DNA of 64,000 nucleotides from Mobula hypostoma. Taxonomy: Eukaryota. Location of the stretch: assembly GCF_963921235.1 (NCBI RefSeq), contig NC_086101.1, positions 59,024,001-59,088,000 on the forward strand, given 5' to 3'. Position 1 is the stretch's first letter, and each line of letters opens with the position of its first letter. The translations under genes were made by a program, and so were the position numbers. Below are positions 24,391-35,862 of this stretch, piece by piece. A model generated the notes under the pieces. The model was not told the DNA's origin, ran no database searches, and saw nothing but the letters and a program-made list of their open reading frames with translations.

Positions 24391-26424
24391 GCTTCATTAA
24401 TGCTTCTCTGCAAATTTTTTGAGGCATTCTTAAAGAATATCATATCATTTCCCAGCTTCCGTATTTAGAATATACATAGACATTCAGAGGAGTCAGTACC
24501 ATCTGAGAAGCCTTGCTTAGTGCCAGCTGAGGTCATATCATTCAGCCCTAAAGTTTTACAAGAAACTATTTGTGTCATGTTGGAGGCCAAGGCACTGATG
24601 TGCAATGAGCTTTCCAAAGTTGTTCATTTTTAAATTCCAATCAGAGACCTACAAGATAGAAAGTGACCCAGTCCATAAACACCAGGCATTTCTTTGGCCA
24701 ACTTATTTTTGATTAAGTTCTGTTGTTCTTGGCTGGGTTGCAAATGCATTGCTCTCTAAAATTATCTTTGCTTTGTGTTATATTTTTATGTGAGAGGATA
24801 TTTCCCTTTTGAATTGATATTGTATATACTTCTTGGTTCACCTCTTCAGTGTAAACAGGTACCACTCAATATTCATGCTCTTTTCTGAAACAATCCATTT
24901 ACCTAAGTTTGAAATTGCTTTTCATTAAATTGGAGTGGATCACAAAGTTGATTTTATTGATTCTCTCCTCATATGTTGTTCAAGAACTATGCAGCATTAT
25001 TAGTTGAAATTCAGAAAACGCACTGTCTTGAGAACATGATTCTGGTTTGAAAAAAGATAGAAAACTTCCTGCCAACTGGATTAAAATCGAATCCTTGATG
25101 TACAAATCAAATGAAACTTTGGACTGATCCAGACTCTGAAAGGTTTACCATCATTATTATATGAATGTAATTTTTATCAGTTCCTGCATGATGTCACTAT
25201 CATACAAAAAATGTGGTCATTTTCATAAAAGCAGATTTTTATCTCAGCACTTCAAAATGATTTTCAGTGAACAATTTTCTGTTAATTATGATGCTTTTTT
25301 TTCAAGAAACATTGGTGCATTATTAATCTGATTTATGCAGTTTCATGAGCTCTGCTCTATATCTGCTAAGCAGCCATTGACTACAGATGCTGAAGTTTAG
25401 GGTAATTTTTGCCTCTGAACCAAACACATTCTCCTATTTGCAAAAGGAGCAGTTTATCTTCTGCAGACAACAGATTGTCAATGATATATCTGTGTGTTGT
25501 GACTTTCATGAAAGCCATCTGAGAGATGCAGCTGTTAGTACAAATATCTTTATTCGGTACACACAAGCTGACAGCATTTGGAGTCACTCTGGATAGAGGC
25601 TCCATAACCCAAATTTCATCACATTTCTATATACTAAAGATCAAAGGTAACAACAGGACAATTCTATAGTTACAGTGCATTCATATTGCTTCTTTTGATT
25701 CAAACACCTAGATCTTCACACCAACACTCAGGGCACCCTTAACTGTTAATCGCCACTGCCTCTGATCTTCATTCATGCATATGCAGATGTACCATTTCAA
25801 TGGGGTGATTTTTATTTTGCAAACAACCCCAGACTGCAGCTCCAGGAATACCATTGTCCAGAGTTGGATTTTAAATTCAATCTGCAATCCACATTCAGGT
25901 CTGAAGACTGGTTGCTGATGAAATTAATATTTGCTATATTCCATAACTCTAGAATATACCCTAACACTGTATATATGTGCACAATTAGCAAGTTAAGATT
26001 GTACAGTCCCATATTTGCAGAAAATGTATTGCTTAAAGATCTTCACACTCTTTGAACTTGCTGTGGATATAATCCAGAGCTAAATCATCTTCAGCAACTG
26101 CATGGCTATTTTGATCAATAATCTGTGATCATGATAGAGCACTATTTGAAAAGTATACGGCATGTAGACTTTGACTTGAGAGGAATGAAAACAAAGGCAA
26201 CCAAGTAATCACCTCAGCAGGGACAGCAATAGTTGCTGCTTTTCTTTGTTCCTGCATGTTGAGTTTTAAATTAAAAACCATACACCAGTTCAAAACATTT
26301 TCAGGAAAGACAGCAGATTACATATAACAGTGCAAACTGATGGGCAGCTAAGAAAATAGATGTTCTTATCCAAATACTTCAATTTCAAATAGAAGTTTCT
26401 TCAGGAGGCATTTGATCTGTCCCT

Positions 26425-26460
26425 AGTCCTGACGAAGGGTCTCGGCCTGAAACGTCGACT
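26425..26460 (+). ncRNA. Minimal type-I hammerhead ribozyme (core intact), predicted cleavage after 26456
   Basis: Stem I AGUC/GACU; CUGACGA 26429-26435; stem II GGGU(CUCG)GCCU; GAAAC-GUC. Confidence 0.85.
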
Positions 26461-26557
26461 GCACCTCTTCCTATAGATGCTGCTTGGCCTGCTGCGTTCA
26501 CCAGCAACTTTGATGTATGTTGCTTGAATTTCCAGCATCTGCAGAATTCCTGTTGTT
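26425..26557 (+). mobile_element. 133-bp Penelope-derived mini-insertion with 14-bp TSD
   Basis: TTTGATCTGTCCCT at 26411-26424 and 26558-26571; insert matches 31525-31655. Confidence 0.9.
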
Positions 26558-26809
26558 TTTGATCTGTCCCTTATCTCAGTTTTGGTTCTCTCCTTGTTAA
26601 AAAATAACTGTTAGTCGGGCTAGTCCATGGGAAAAGTCAGGGGATAGATCACTTATTCATTCACATCAGCAGAGAAATCAAAGGAAGAATGCACTGAATA
26701 AGTCTGGAATTTTAATTCTTAAAAATAACTGATCAAGATTTGTAGTATATTCAAGTCTTCTTTCATGATATTCTAAAGAGAGGGGAATAAATGATGTCTT
26801 TAAAGGCAT

Positions 26810-27565
26810 AAACTATTTTTTACATGTAGTGAAAATTCAAAAATCAGATGTACAAAGGGATTTGGGAGTCCTCGTGCTGGATTCCCGAAAGGTTATCTTG
26901 AGGGTTGAGTCAGTGGTAAGAAATGCAAACAGAATGTTAGCATTCATTTCAAGAGGATTAGACTATAAAAGCAAGGATGTAATGCTAAGACTTTATAAGG
27001 CACTGGCTAGAGTATTGTGAGCGGTTCTGGGCTGCTTATCTAAGAAATGATGTGCTAGCTTTGGAGAGGGACAAGAGAATTTTCACAAGAATCATCCCGG
27101 GAATGGAAGGGTTAATGCATGAGGACCATTTGATGGTGCTGGACCTGTAATCACTGGAGGTTAGAAGAATGAAGGTGAATCTCAGTGAAACCTATCAAAT
27201 ATTGAATAGCCTACACAAAGTGCATGTGGAGAGGATGTTTCCTATGGTTGTGAGTCGAGGACCAATGGATGCAGGCTCGGAATGGAAGGCTGTGCCTTTC
27301 AAGTAGTGATGGGGAGGAATGTCTTTAGCCAGGGGGTGCTAAATCTGTGGAATACATTGCCATAAACAGCTGTGGAGTCCAGGTCATTAGGTATATTTAA
27401 AGTAGAGGTTGATAGGTTCTTGAATAATAAAGGTGTCAAAGGTTATGGGGAGAAGGTAGGAGAATGTGGTTGAGAGGGATAATAAATCAGCTATAATAGA
27501 ATGTCCGAGCTGACTTGATGACCCAAATGACCATCTTCTGCTCCTATGTCTTATTGTCTTATGAC
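26810..27565 (+). mobile_element. Old CR1 3' fragment
   Basis: ORF 26829-27020 QRDLGVLV...MLAFISRGLDYKSKDVMLRLYKAL. Confidence 0.85.
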
Positions 27566-27599
27566 ATTGTCTATTAGTATTCGAGGAGAGGAGAGGAGA

Positions 27600-28100
27600 G
27601 AAGGTCCTCCATTGGTTGGGGTTGACAGTGAACGCTGTGCGTCAGCTGTCTACATGATAGAGAGAGCAAGCTGTTGCTCATACTGCAGGATCCCCCTCTT
27701 CCTCTTTTCATGCAGCTGAAGAATGTTAATGAAGAGCAGAGACCAATGCAGTTTGGCACCAGCAGCATTGCAGGTGTTGCCAGTCAGTGTTGAACTCAAT
27801 GTAGGATGGTATGGACTCCAGCTCTGGAATTTTCTTCAGAACTTGGTTTTTCCCCATGAGTGGGTATAGCCGCATGGCAACTGAGGTTTGCAAACTAATT
27901 GTACCTTCTCCTAGATGAACTGCTAATCACGGCTGATGAGCCTCAGCTACCTGTAGCTACTGGTCAGTAGAAATGGTTCCGCTGGGCTTAGTAGCTAAAC
28001 CACACACGAAGCAGCTGGACTTGGTTGTCAGAGGCTAGTTGAGCTGCACATCATTGGGAGCATTTAATAGATAGTGGGAACTTATCCACATTACCACTGT
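27600..28100 (-). mobile_element. Possible RTE-derived non-autonomous element
   Basis: CCTTCTCCTAGATG...GGCTGATGAGCC and CAGTTTGGCACCAGC segments resemble RTE-related repeats; no ORF. Confidence 0.35.
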
Positions 28101-28284
28101 CAGCTATAATAACCTCTAGGAATATGGTCAAGTTTTATTAATGAACTAGTTGTAAACCTATCTTGATGCTCTAAAAGGACTTGCATTTACATCCTAGTCC
28201 ACAGATAACAGATACAGGAGAAATTTTAATTATATTGCACTTCAAAGTTCAAGTTTCAAGGTTCAAAGTACAGTAGATTTACTT

Positions 28285-28712
28285 TAATTGTGGCCCGTAC
28301 TCACTGAAATTCAGAAGTATGGGGGGGGGGGGGATTTCATTGAAACCTACTGAATGTTGAAACACCTCTATAGAGTGGATATTGAGAGGATATTTCCTAT
28401 GGGAGGGAGTCTAAGACAAGAGGGCACAACTTCAGAATAGAGGTACGTCTATATAGAATGGAGATGAGTAGGTATTTCTTTAGCCAGAAAGTGGTGAATC
28501 TGTGGAATTCATTGCCACAGATGGCTGTCAAAGCCAAGTCATTGGGTATATTGAAGGCAAAGTTTGATAGATTCTTGATTAGTTGGGGCATGAAGGAGAA
28601 GTCAAGAGATTTGGGCTGAGGGGGAAATGGATCAGCTTTGATGAAACGGCACAGCAGAATTGATGGACCAAATGGCCCAATTCTGCTCATATATCTTATG
28701 GTCTTATGGTCT
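28285..28712 (+). mobile_element. Old CR1 3' fragment
   Basis: FFSQKVVNLWNSLPQ motif; (TCTTATGG)n tail. Confidence 0.75.
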
Positions 28713-28714
28713 AT

Positions 28715-29410
28715 TGTTACTATATACACCCCTGAGATACATTTTCTTATAGGCTTTCTCAATAAATTCAATAACCATAATAGAATCAATGTGCAGAAGA
28801 CAACAGACTGTGTGAATGTAAAATGAAACCAAGAGTCCTTGAAAGTGAGTTGTGGAAACATTTCACTGATGGAGCAAGTGAAGTTAAGTGAAGGTATTCC
28901 CTTTGGTTCAAGAATCTGATGGTTGTGGGGTCATAACATTTCCTGAACCTGTTGCTGTGAGTCCTGAATTCTTGTACTTTCTTTCTGATGGCAACAGTGA
29001 GAAGAGAACATGTCCTCAGTGGTGAGGGTCCCTGATGATGGATTCTGCAACAAAGCTCCATGTGAACGTGCTCAGTGGTGAGGAGGGCTTTACCCGTGAT
29101 GTGTTGATTATGTTTTGTAGGATTTTCCATTTAAGGGCATTAGTATTTCCATACCAGGCTGTCAATATACTCTTCACCGCACATCTATAGAAGCTAGTCA
29201 AAATTTTAGCTATGATGCCGAAGCTTCACAAACTCCTAAGGAAGTAGAGGTGCTGCTGGGCTCTCTTCGTAATTGTACTTTGTATTGGGCACTGGACAGG
29301 TCCTGTGAAATGACAACACCAAAGAATTGAAAGTTGCTGACCCTCTCCACCTTTGATCCCCTGATGAGGACTGGATGGTGGACCTTTGATTTCCTCCTCC
29401 TTAGTCTTGG
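28715..29410 (-). mobile_element. Rex1/Babar-like 3' fragment
   Basis: ORFs 29210-29413 (VERVSNFQFFGV) and 29016-29201 (FYRCAVKSILTAWYGN..IIRDPHH). Confidence 0.8.
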
Positions 29411-31256
29411 CATACTTGAAATTATTAATTATTTTTATTAAAATGCTTCAAACTAAATACAGTACAAGACATTTTTGTTGTAATTTAATATTGGGTTTTC
29501 CACTACCTGTCAAGGATCACTCCCTTCAGAGGATTAGGGGTGATAGTGTTCACTTGCTTTTGTTCATGCTTACTGACTTAACAAACCTGATGCACTCTAA
29601 TAGGGTCACATTTAGTCAAATGGATATTTACTCAGTAGTCGATTAAGAAATTCTTTGTCCATGCAGTAAAGTTTTCCTGCAATAAAGAAGTGTAACATTC
29701 AGATGGGACCATTTCAAACATGAAATGCTTGAAGACAAATCTTCAATAACAAATAAGCTTTTCTTACAATAAGTTCATTTTTCATCTGCTGTTCATTTGA
29801 TATCATTTGTATTAGCATTAGATATATTCTGAAAGAGTGGACCTGATATCCCATGATTGACCCAATGTGGTTTACAGCCGAAACAAAGGAAAACCATTTA
29901 ATTCCAAAAGTTGTTGGTAATTAAACATTTATTCAATTTACATGAAGCTTTGGGATTCACCTAATAATATCAAGAAATTTAAGATTAATTCATTCTGCAA
30001 CAAAATGGCATCTATCATGTGACATTGGATTTTCATAAATGTACAATTATAATACTCCTTGAAAGTGTCAAAAAGAAATAGGAACAGAAGTGGACTGCTC
30101 AGCTCTTTTATTTTATTTCTAATAAATTTTTCTGAACCAGAAGTATGCTAATTATAGTGGCACAAGTAGAATGAAATGCATTAAATAATAATTCAGAATA
30201 TAAGTCTTATTTTTGAACATGGAAATATATGCATAGTATTACGAATCACCAAAAATATCTTCAAAAAAGAGATCTGTCCCAAGGTCACAGCCCCAGACTC
30301 AATCTGATTGCCCTGCAGAAGCCTTGATGATTGCATTGATTCCCAGTAATTCCTCCTAATTAACTCTGACTCATGGCATTTCATTCTGGCTCTTCAGATT
30401 CTTGCTATCAGCTCTAACACCCGATGATCCAACACGCCCTGTCTCTTCCAAAATTGAAATGATCTTTCCCGTTAAAATTACAGACTGATTTGCAATATGT
30501 CTGATCATTCCTGACCTCCTCAATTGTGTGAGCCAGCCACTGATAATTAGATTCTCACAGCTCTGAAAGGTTCATTCATCAGACTCATTGCACTGTGACT
30601 GTTCTCCTTTAATTGTCATTTATTTTCAGAACTTATGTCTTCTCATTGCCTATTTTTATTCTTTGAAGGGATATGGGTATCACTGGTAAGATCAACATTC
30701 AACTGAGTATTTTATTCTTTGAGGGGATAGGGGTATCACTGGTAAGATCAACAGGTTGCTGGGCCATTTAAGAAGACAAGTTATTGCTAACTATGTTACT
30801 GTAGGTTGGAGTCATGTATCGGAAAGACTTGTCTTATTTCCTTCACTGAATGCTATCATTAAACTGGGATTTAGAGAAATCAAACAAATTCAGTCATCCT
30901 GACTGATACAAGCTCTTCATTTCAAATTATTTAGTTCTCAGAATTAAAATTTCCCAGATGCTAAGATCAGATTTCACTCTATTGTTATATCATGAGGTCA
31001 GGGTTCTGGTTGTCAGTAATTTAATTGCAGTGATTTAACACAAAAATTATCCATGAAATTGGATGGATCCTGAGTATTCAACTTCCTGACATAAGACTTT
31101 GGAATAATTCTGATCAAGGAAACATAAGCCAGGAATGTAGCCACAAGAATTTGCTTCAATTAAGAATGACACTGAGTGATATGGAGTTTGGTTTCAAAGT
31201 CTCTGGATGTCTAAACTTTGTCTTTTATAACCCACCTATTTAGCCAATCAACCATT

Positions 31257-31662
31257 CCGTCTGGGTAGCCTCCAACCTGATGGCATGAACATTGACTTCT
31301 CAAACTTCCGCTAATACCCCACCTCCCCCTCGTACCCCATCTGTTTCCCCCCTCCCCCTTTTCCTTCTTCCTAGGCCTCCTGTCCCATGATCCTCTCGTA
31401 TCCCTTTTGCCTATCACCTGTCCAGCTCTTGGCTCCATCCCTCCCCCTCCTGTCTTCTCCTGTCATTTTGGATCTCCCCCTCCCCCTCCCACTTTCAAAT
31501 CTCTTACAAGCTCTTCTTTCAGTTAGTCCTGACGAAGGGTCTCAGCCCAAAATGTCGACTGTACCTCTTCCTAGAGATGCTGCGTGGCCTGCTGTGTGTT
31601 CACCAGCAACTGTGTGTTGCTTGAATTTCCAGCATCTGCAGATTTCCTCGTGTTTGCGTTTT
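31257..31662 (+). mobile_element. Penelope-like 3' fragment with mutated hammerhead (31525-31560)
   Basis: RLGSLQPDGMNIDFSNFR end, same family as 6795-7660; GAAAC changed to AAAAT. Confidence 0.9.
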
Positions 31663-31734
31663 TAAAAAACATTGTCTATAGTTTATCTTAGCTGATTTTC
31701 AGTTCATTTTAACTTGAATATCTCATTTGCCTTT

Positions 31735-32880
31735 CTTTTTCAATCTTTTTATTAGTTTCACAAAATATAGACATGACAAAGTAGTAATACAAAGTTATTG
31801 GGAATACATTGGGAATTAACATGAGTAATTATAAAACTAAAAAATTAATTGACAAAATTCCCATTCATAAAGGATACCAATGAATAATACAGAACAAAGA
31901 GAAATAACTAGACAAAATTCATGAAAAAGGTAAAAAAAATAATAACCCTCCCCCCAAAAAAAACTAATCAAAACAGAATTAATCAACTAAACTAAAAAAA
32001 AGACCTGGGCTGTTATAACATCATAAAAAATGGGAGAAAAGAAAATCTTAGTGTCGACGGCTCCATTCCTCTCAACCAACATTACAGAGAAGTAAAATAA
32101 GTTTGGAAATGGTCAAATTACATCACATGAAAATGCTGAATAAATGGCCTCCAGGTCTTTTCAAATTTAATGGAAGTGTCATAAACCACACTTCTAATTT
32201 TTTCCAAATTTAAACACAACGGTGTTTGTGACAACCAGTGAAATATAGTAGGGGGTTAATCTCTTTCAGCAAAATGGATCTTCTAGCCATTAAAGTAAGA
32301 AATGCAATCATCCGATGAGCTGAAGAGGTTAAATGATTTGATTCTATCATTGGTAGCCCAAAAATAGCAGTAATTGGGTTAGGTTGTAAGTCTATATTCA
32401 AAACTGTTGAAATAATATCAAAAATGTCTTCCCAGTATTTTTTCAACAAAGGACATGACCAAAACATGTGAGTTAAAGAAGCTATCTTGGAATGACATCT
32501 ATTACATATAGGATTTATATAAGAGCAATAACGAGATAATTTATCTTTGGACATATGAGCCGTGTACTACTTTAAATTGTATCAACGCATGCTTAGCACA
32601 TATAGAGGATGAATTAACTAACTGAAGAATATTTTCCCATTTTTCAATCGGTATAATAATCTTAAGTTCTCTTTCCCAATCAGTTTTAATTTTATTAGAT
32701 ACATCAGGACATAAATTCATAATAATATTATAAATAATTGCTACAACACCTTTCTGAGAGAGATTTAAATCTAAATTTTTTTCCAAAATATCCATTGGAT
32801 ATGAGTGTGGAAAATTAGGAGAAACAGTAATTAAAAAGTTTCTAACCTGTAGATATCTAAAAAAGTGCGATCTGGGTAAA
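31735..32880 (-). mobile_element. L1-clade LINE 3' fragment
   Basis: ORFs 32541-32795 (WERE..W..SSICAKHALIQFKVVH) and 32210-32554 (CNRC..ASLTHMFWSC zinc knuckle); A-rich tail. Confidence 0.85.
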
Positions 32881-32994
32881 TCTCACTTGCCTAAATTGCT
32901 TCCTAGATCATTTGTTACACCAAGACATTCCTGACCTTTGCCCTGAATTGGAAAGACATTTGCTATCACACTAACTGTGACAGGAACTTCATTC

Positions 32995-34480
32995 ATTGTG
33001 TGAAGATCCTGTCACCACACTACAGGAAGGGTGTGTTACCAATAGACAGAGTCCGGAAGACACTCACCAGGTTATTTGTTGGAATGGAAGGCTGGACTTA
33101 CTAGGAAAGATTGAGGAGGCTTGGCTTATTCTCATTGGTATATCGGAGGCTGAGGGGTGACTTTACTGAGGTTTATAAAATTATAAAAGGCATAAATAGA
33201 TAGATAGATAGTTGCAGTCTTTTTCCCAGGCAGGAGATTCTAAAAGTAGAAGGTATGGGTGAGGCAGGTGATCTTTAAAGGAGACCTGAGGGGTAAGCTT
33301 TTCACGCAGAGAGTGGGATTATACAGTTCAATTCAAATTTGTTTGTTATTCAACCATACATAAATACACATGAATACTGCCAAATGAGACAGTTACTCCG
33401 AAGCCACGATGCAAAACTTAGTACCACCAGTCACACATAGCACAAAGCACACAGAACACATGCAGAATAGCAAGCACACGTAAGATACCAGTAAAATACC
33501 ACCACTCAAGAAAATAGTCCAGACCATGAGTCCACGAGCACCACAGAAATCTGCAGTCGATCACAATACAGCTCGTCTTCTGCCACGTGAACACGGGGGT
33601 AGGGGTGGGGAGCACCAAATCCAGCCTGGATACCACACCTCACTGGCCCCAGTGGAAAGTACCAGCTGTGTCATCTCTATTTTGGAGGCTGTAAACAGGC
33701 GACACTGTGGCTTGGGGCCCTGAGTCCATAAATGCTGCAGGAAACTGCAGTCGACCACAGTACAGCCTGTCTGCCGAGCGAACACTGACGTGGACAGCAC
33801 TGACTCCAGCCCAGACACCGTGCTGCACCATTCTCGATGGAGAACACCAGCTTCCACACCTCCCTTGTGGTGTCTGTAAACAGGTGACACAGACACATGA
33901 GGCCTAATCCTCACCATGACTGAGGCCACACAGCATCCCCACCATCCACTCCTGCTGTCCGCCAATAAATCAGTGAATCAGACCTGAGCTTTCCACATTA
34001 ACAATGTCCAAAAGTGTCTTGCAATCCCAAGAAAAGCGAATAAGATGGTCGCCCTGTATTATAGACTGCACGGCTCACTCATGCACTGACTCCTCTGAAT
34101 CAGACAGTAGCATGGTCCACACCAAGCCCAGCTCCTTCAGTTTAACTACCAATGAGCAAATAGCTGATGGGGTTGACCTACAGTACATTAACTTCTTACT
34201 GTCTAGCAGGATGTCGCAATCATAAAAAATACACTTATAAAGGACATTAGCACCCTTTATTGACCCCGAAGAAGCCACTGCGATCAAAGGCGTTGTCATC
34301 TTACCGGAAGTATCTGGAATAAGCTATCGGAAATTACACCATACAAAGGGCGTTCCGGCAGATGTTTGGACAGGGAATGTGTAGAGGGATAAGGACCAAT
34401 GAAGGCAAATGTAGATAGACATCACAAGGTGGATGGAAAGGGTTTGTTCCTGTGCTGTGTGGTTCTATAATTCTATGATT
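32995..34480 (+). mobile_element. Old CR1 3' fragment interrupted by family A copy 2
   Basis: RRLRGDFTEVYKI; FTQRV..|..IWNKL split by the insertion. Confidence 0.6.
33325..34311 (-). mobile_element. Non-coding non-autonomous retroposon, family A copy 2
   Basis: Head ACTTCCGGTAAGATGAC; tail homologous to copy 1; internal diverged duplication (CTGCAGTCGA.CACA.TACAGC at about 33551 and 33745). Confidence 0.65.
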
Positions 34481-34542
34481 CTAGAATGAATAATAGACTG
34501 AATACAATGTAATCAATTTTTTCTTTTACTAATTTTTGTGTA

Positions 34543-34700
34543 TCCAGGCCATACTCTCCATCTAGGCCATACCCTCCATCTAGGCCATACTCTCCATCTA
34601 GGCCATACCCTCCATCTAGGCCATACCCTCCATCTAGGCCATACTCTCCATCTAGGCCATACTGTCCATCTAGGCCATACTCTCCATCTAGGCCATACTC
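34543..34700. repeat. 18-bp minisatellite (TCCATCTAGGCCATACTC), 8-9 copies
   Basis: Direct inspection; runs into Rex-like GHTLFSLLPPSRRYR. Confidence 0.95.
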
Positions 34701-34750
34701 TCTTCTCGTTGCTCCCACCAAGCAGGAGGTACAGGACCGCAAAGACGTCC

Positions 34751-35592
34751 TGTCACAACTACAGACTCTGCCATAAGGCCTGTGCACCCTCGCAGGTTGG
34801 CTGTTGAATGGGACTGGCAATCCTGCTTGTTATATGCATGTTCCGGCCAACTAGTGCTTCATTATGGTTGTGTTTGGTTCCCTTCCTCTCACTTCAGCCT
34901 TGTTGACAATGCAACTCCTCTACTGTTGCATTGAGTATAGGAGTTGGGATGTAATGTTAAAATTGTATAAGGCATTGGTAAGGCCAAATTTGGAGTATCG
35001 TGTACAGTTCTGGTCACCGAATTATAGGAAAGATGTCAACAAAATAGAGAGAGTACAGAGGAGATTTACTAGAATGTTACCTGGGTTCCAGCACCTAAGT
35101 TACAGAGAAAGGTTGAACAAGTTAGGTGTTTATTCTTTGAAGCGTAGAAGGTTGAGGGGGGACTTGATAGAGATATTTAAAATTATGAGGGGGATAGATA
35201 GAATTGACGTGGATAGGCTTTTTCCATTGAGAGTAGGGGAGATTCAAGCAAGAGGACATGAGTTGAGAATTAAGGGGCAAAAGTTTAGGGGTAACACGAG
35301 GGGGAACTTCTTTACTCAGAAAGTGGTGGCTGTGTGGAACGAGCTTCCAATAGAAGTGGTAGAGACAGGTTCGATTTTGTCATTTAAAAAAAATTGGATA
35401 AGTATATGGACAGGAAAGGAATGGAGGATTATGGGCTGAGTGCAGGTAGATGAGACTAGGTGAGAGTAAGCTTTCGGCATTGACTAGAAGGGCCGAGATG
35501 ACCTGTTTCCATGCTGTAATAGTTATATGGTTATAAACACAGCAACATCAATACTCCCTGCTTAACTTTGTCCTTGTTCTAGGAAAGAATAA
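34751..35592 (+). mobile_element. Partial Gypsy LTR (34751-34928 and 35534-35592), same family as the LTR starting at 63149
   Basis: TGTCACAACTACAGACTCTGCCAT versus TGTCACGACCACAGACTCTGCCAT; similarity resumes after the CR1. Confidence 0.7.
34929..35533 (+). mobile_element. CR1 3' fragment, same family as 213-1595
   Basis: ORF 34864-35439 is nearly identical to the translation of 978-1509. Confidence 0.95.
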
Positions 35593-35639
35593 TGTGGAAA
35601 TAAATAGAGATCCATGTTGCTTGACTTTCTAAACAAACA

Positions 35640-35862
35640 TTTTAATTCTAATTCCCATTCCCATTCCGATGTGTTGGTACATGGCCGCCCATAGTGCCAA
35701 GATGAGGCCACGCTCAGGGTGGAGGAGCAACACCTTATATCCCTTTTTTATAGCCTTCATCCTGAGGAATGAATATCGATATCTCCTTCTGATAAACACA
35801 TTTCCCCCAAACCCTCTTCCTCTAATCCCCACTTTGACCTTTTACATCTTCTTCCTGCCTAT
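35640..35862 (+). mobile_element. Degenerate Penelope-like fragment
   Basis: SHSHSD...DEATLRVEEQHLI motif. Confidence 0.65.

Noticed and set aside
27930-27985. CTGATGAG as another hammerhead core
   Set aside because: No convincing stem II closing onto GAAA and no properly placed NUH site.
30651-30753. About 45-bp direct repeat pair
   Set aside because: Only two copies, apparently a local duplication inside a decayed repeat end.
34473-34820. GEYGLD / LGHTLH repeat proteins or a CRISPR-like array
   Set aside because: Pure 18-bp tandem repeat with no spacers; eukaryotic context, no cas genes.
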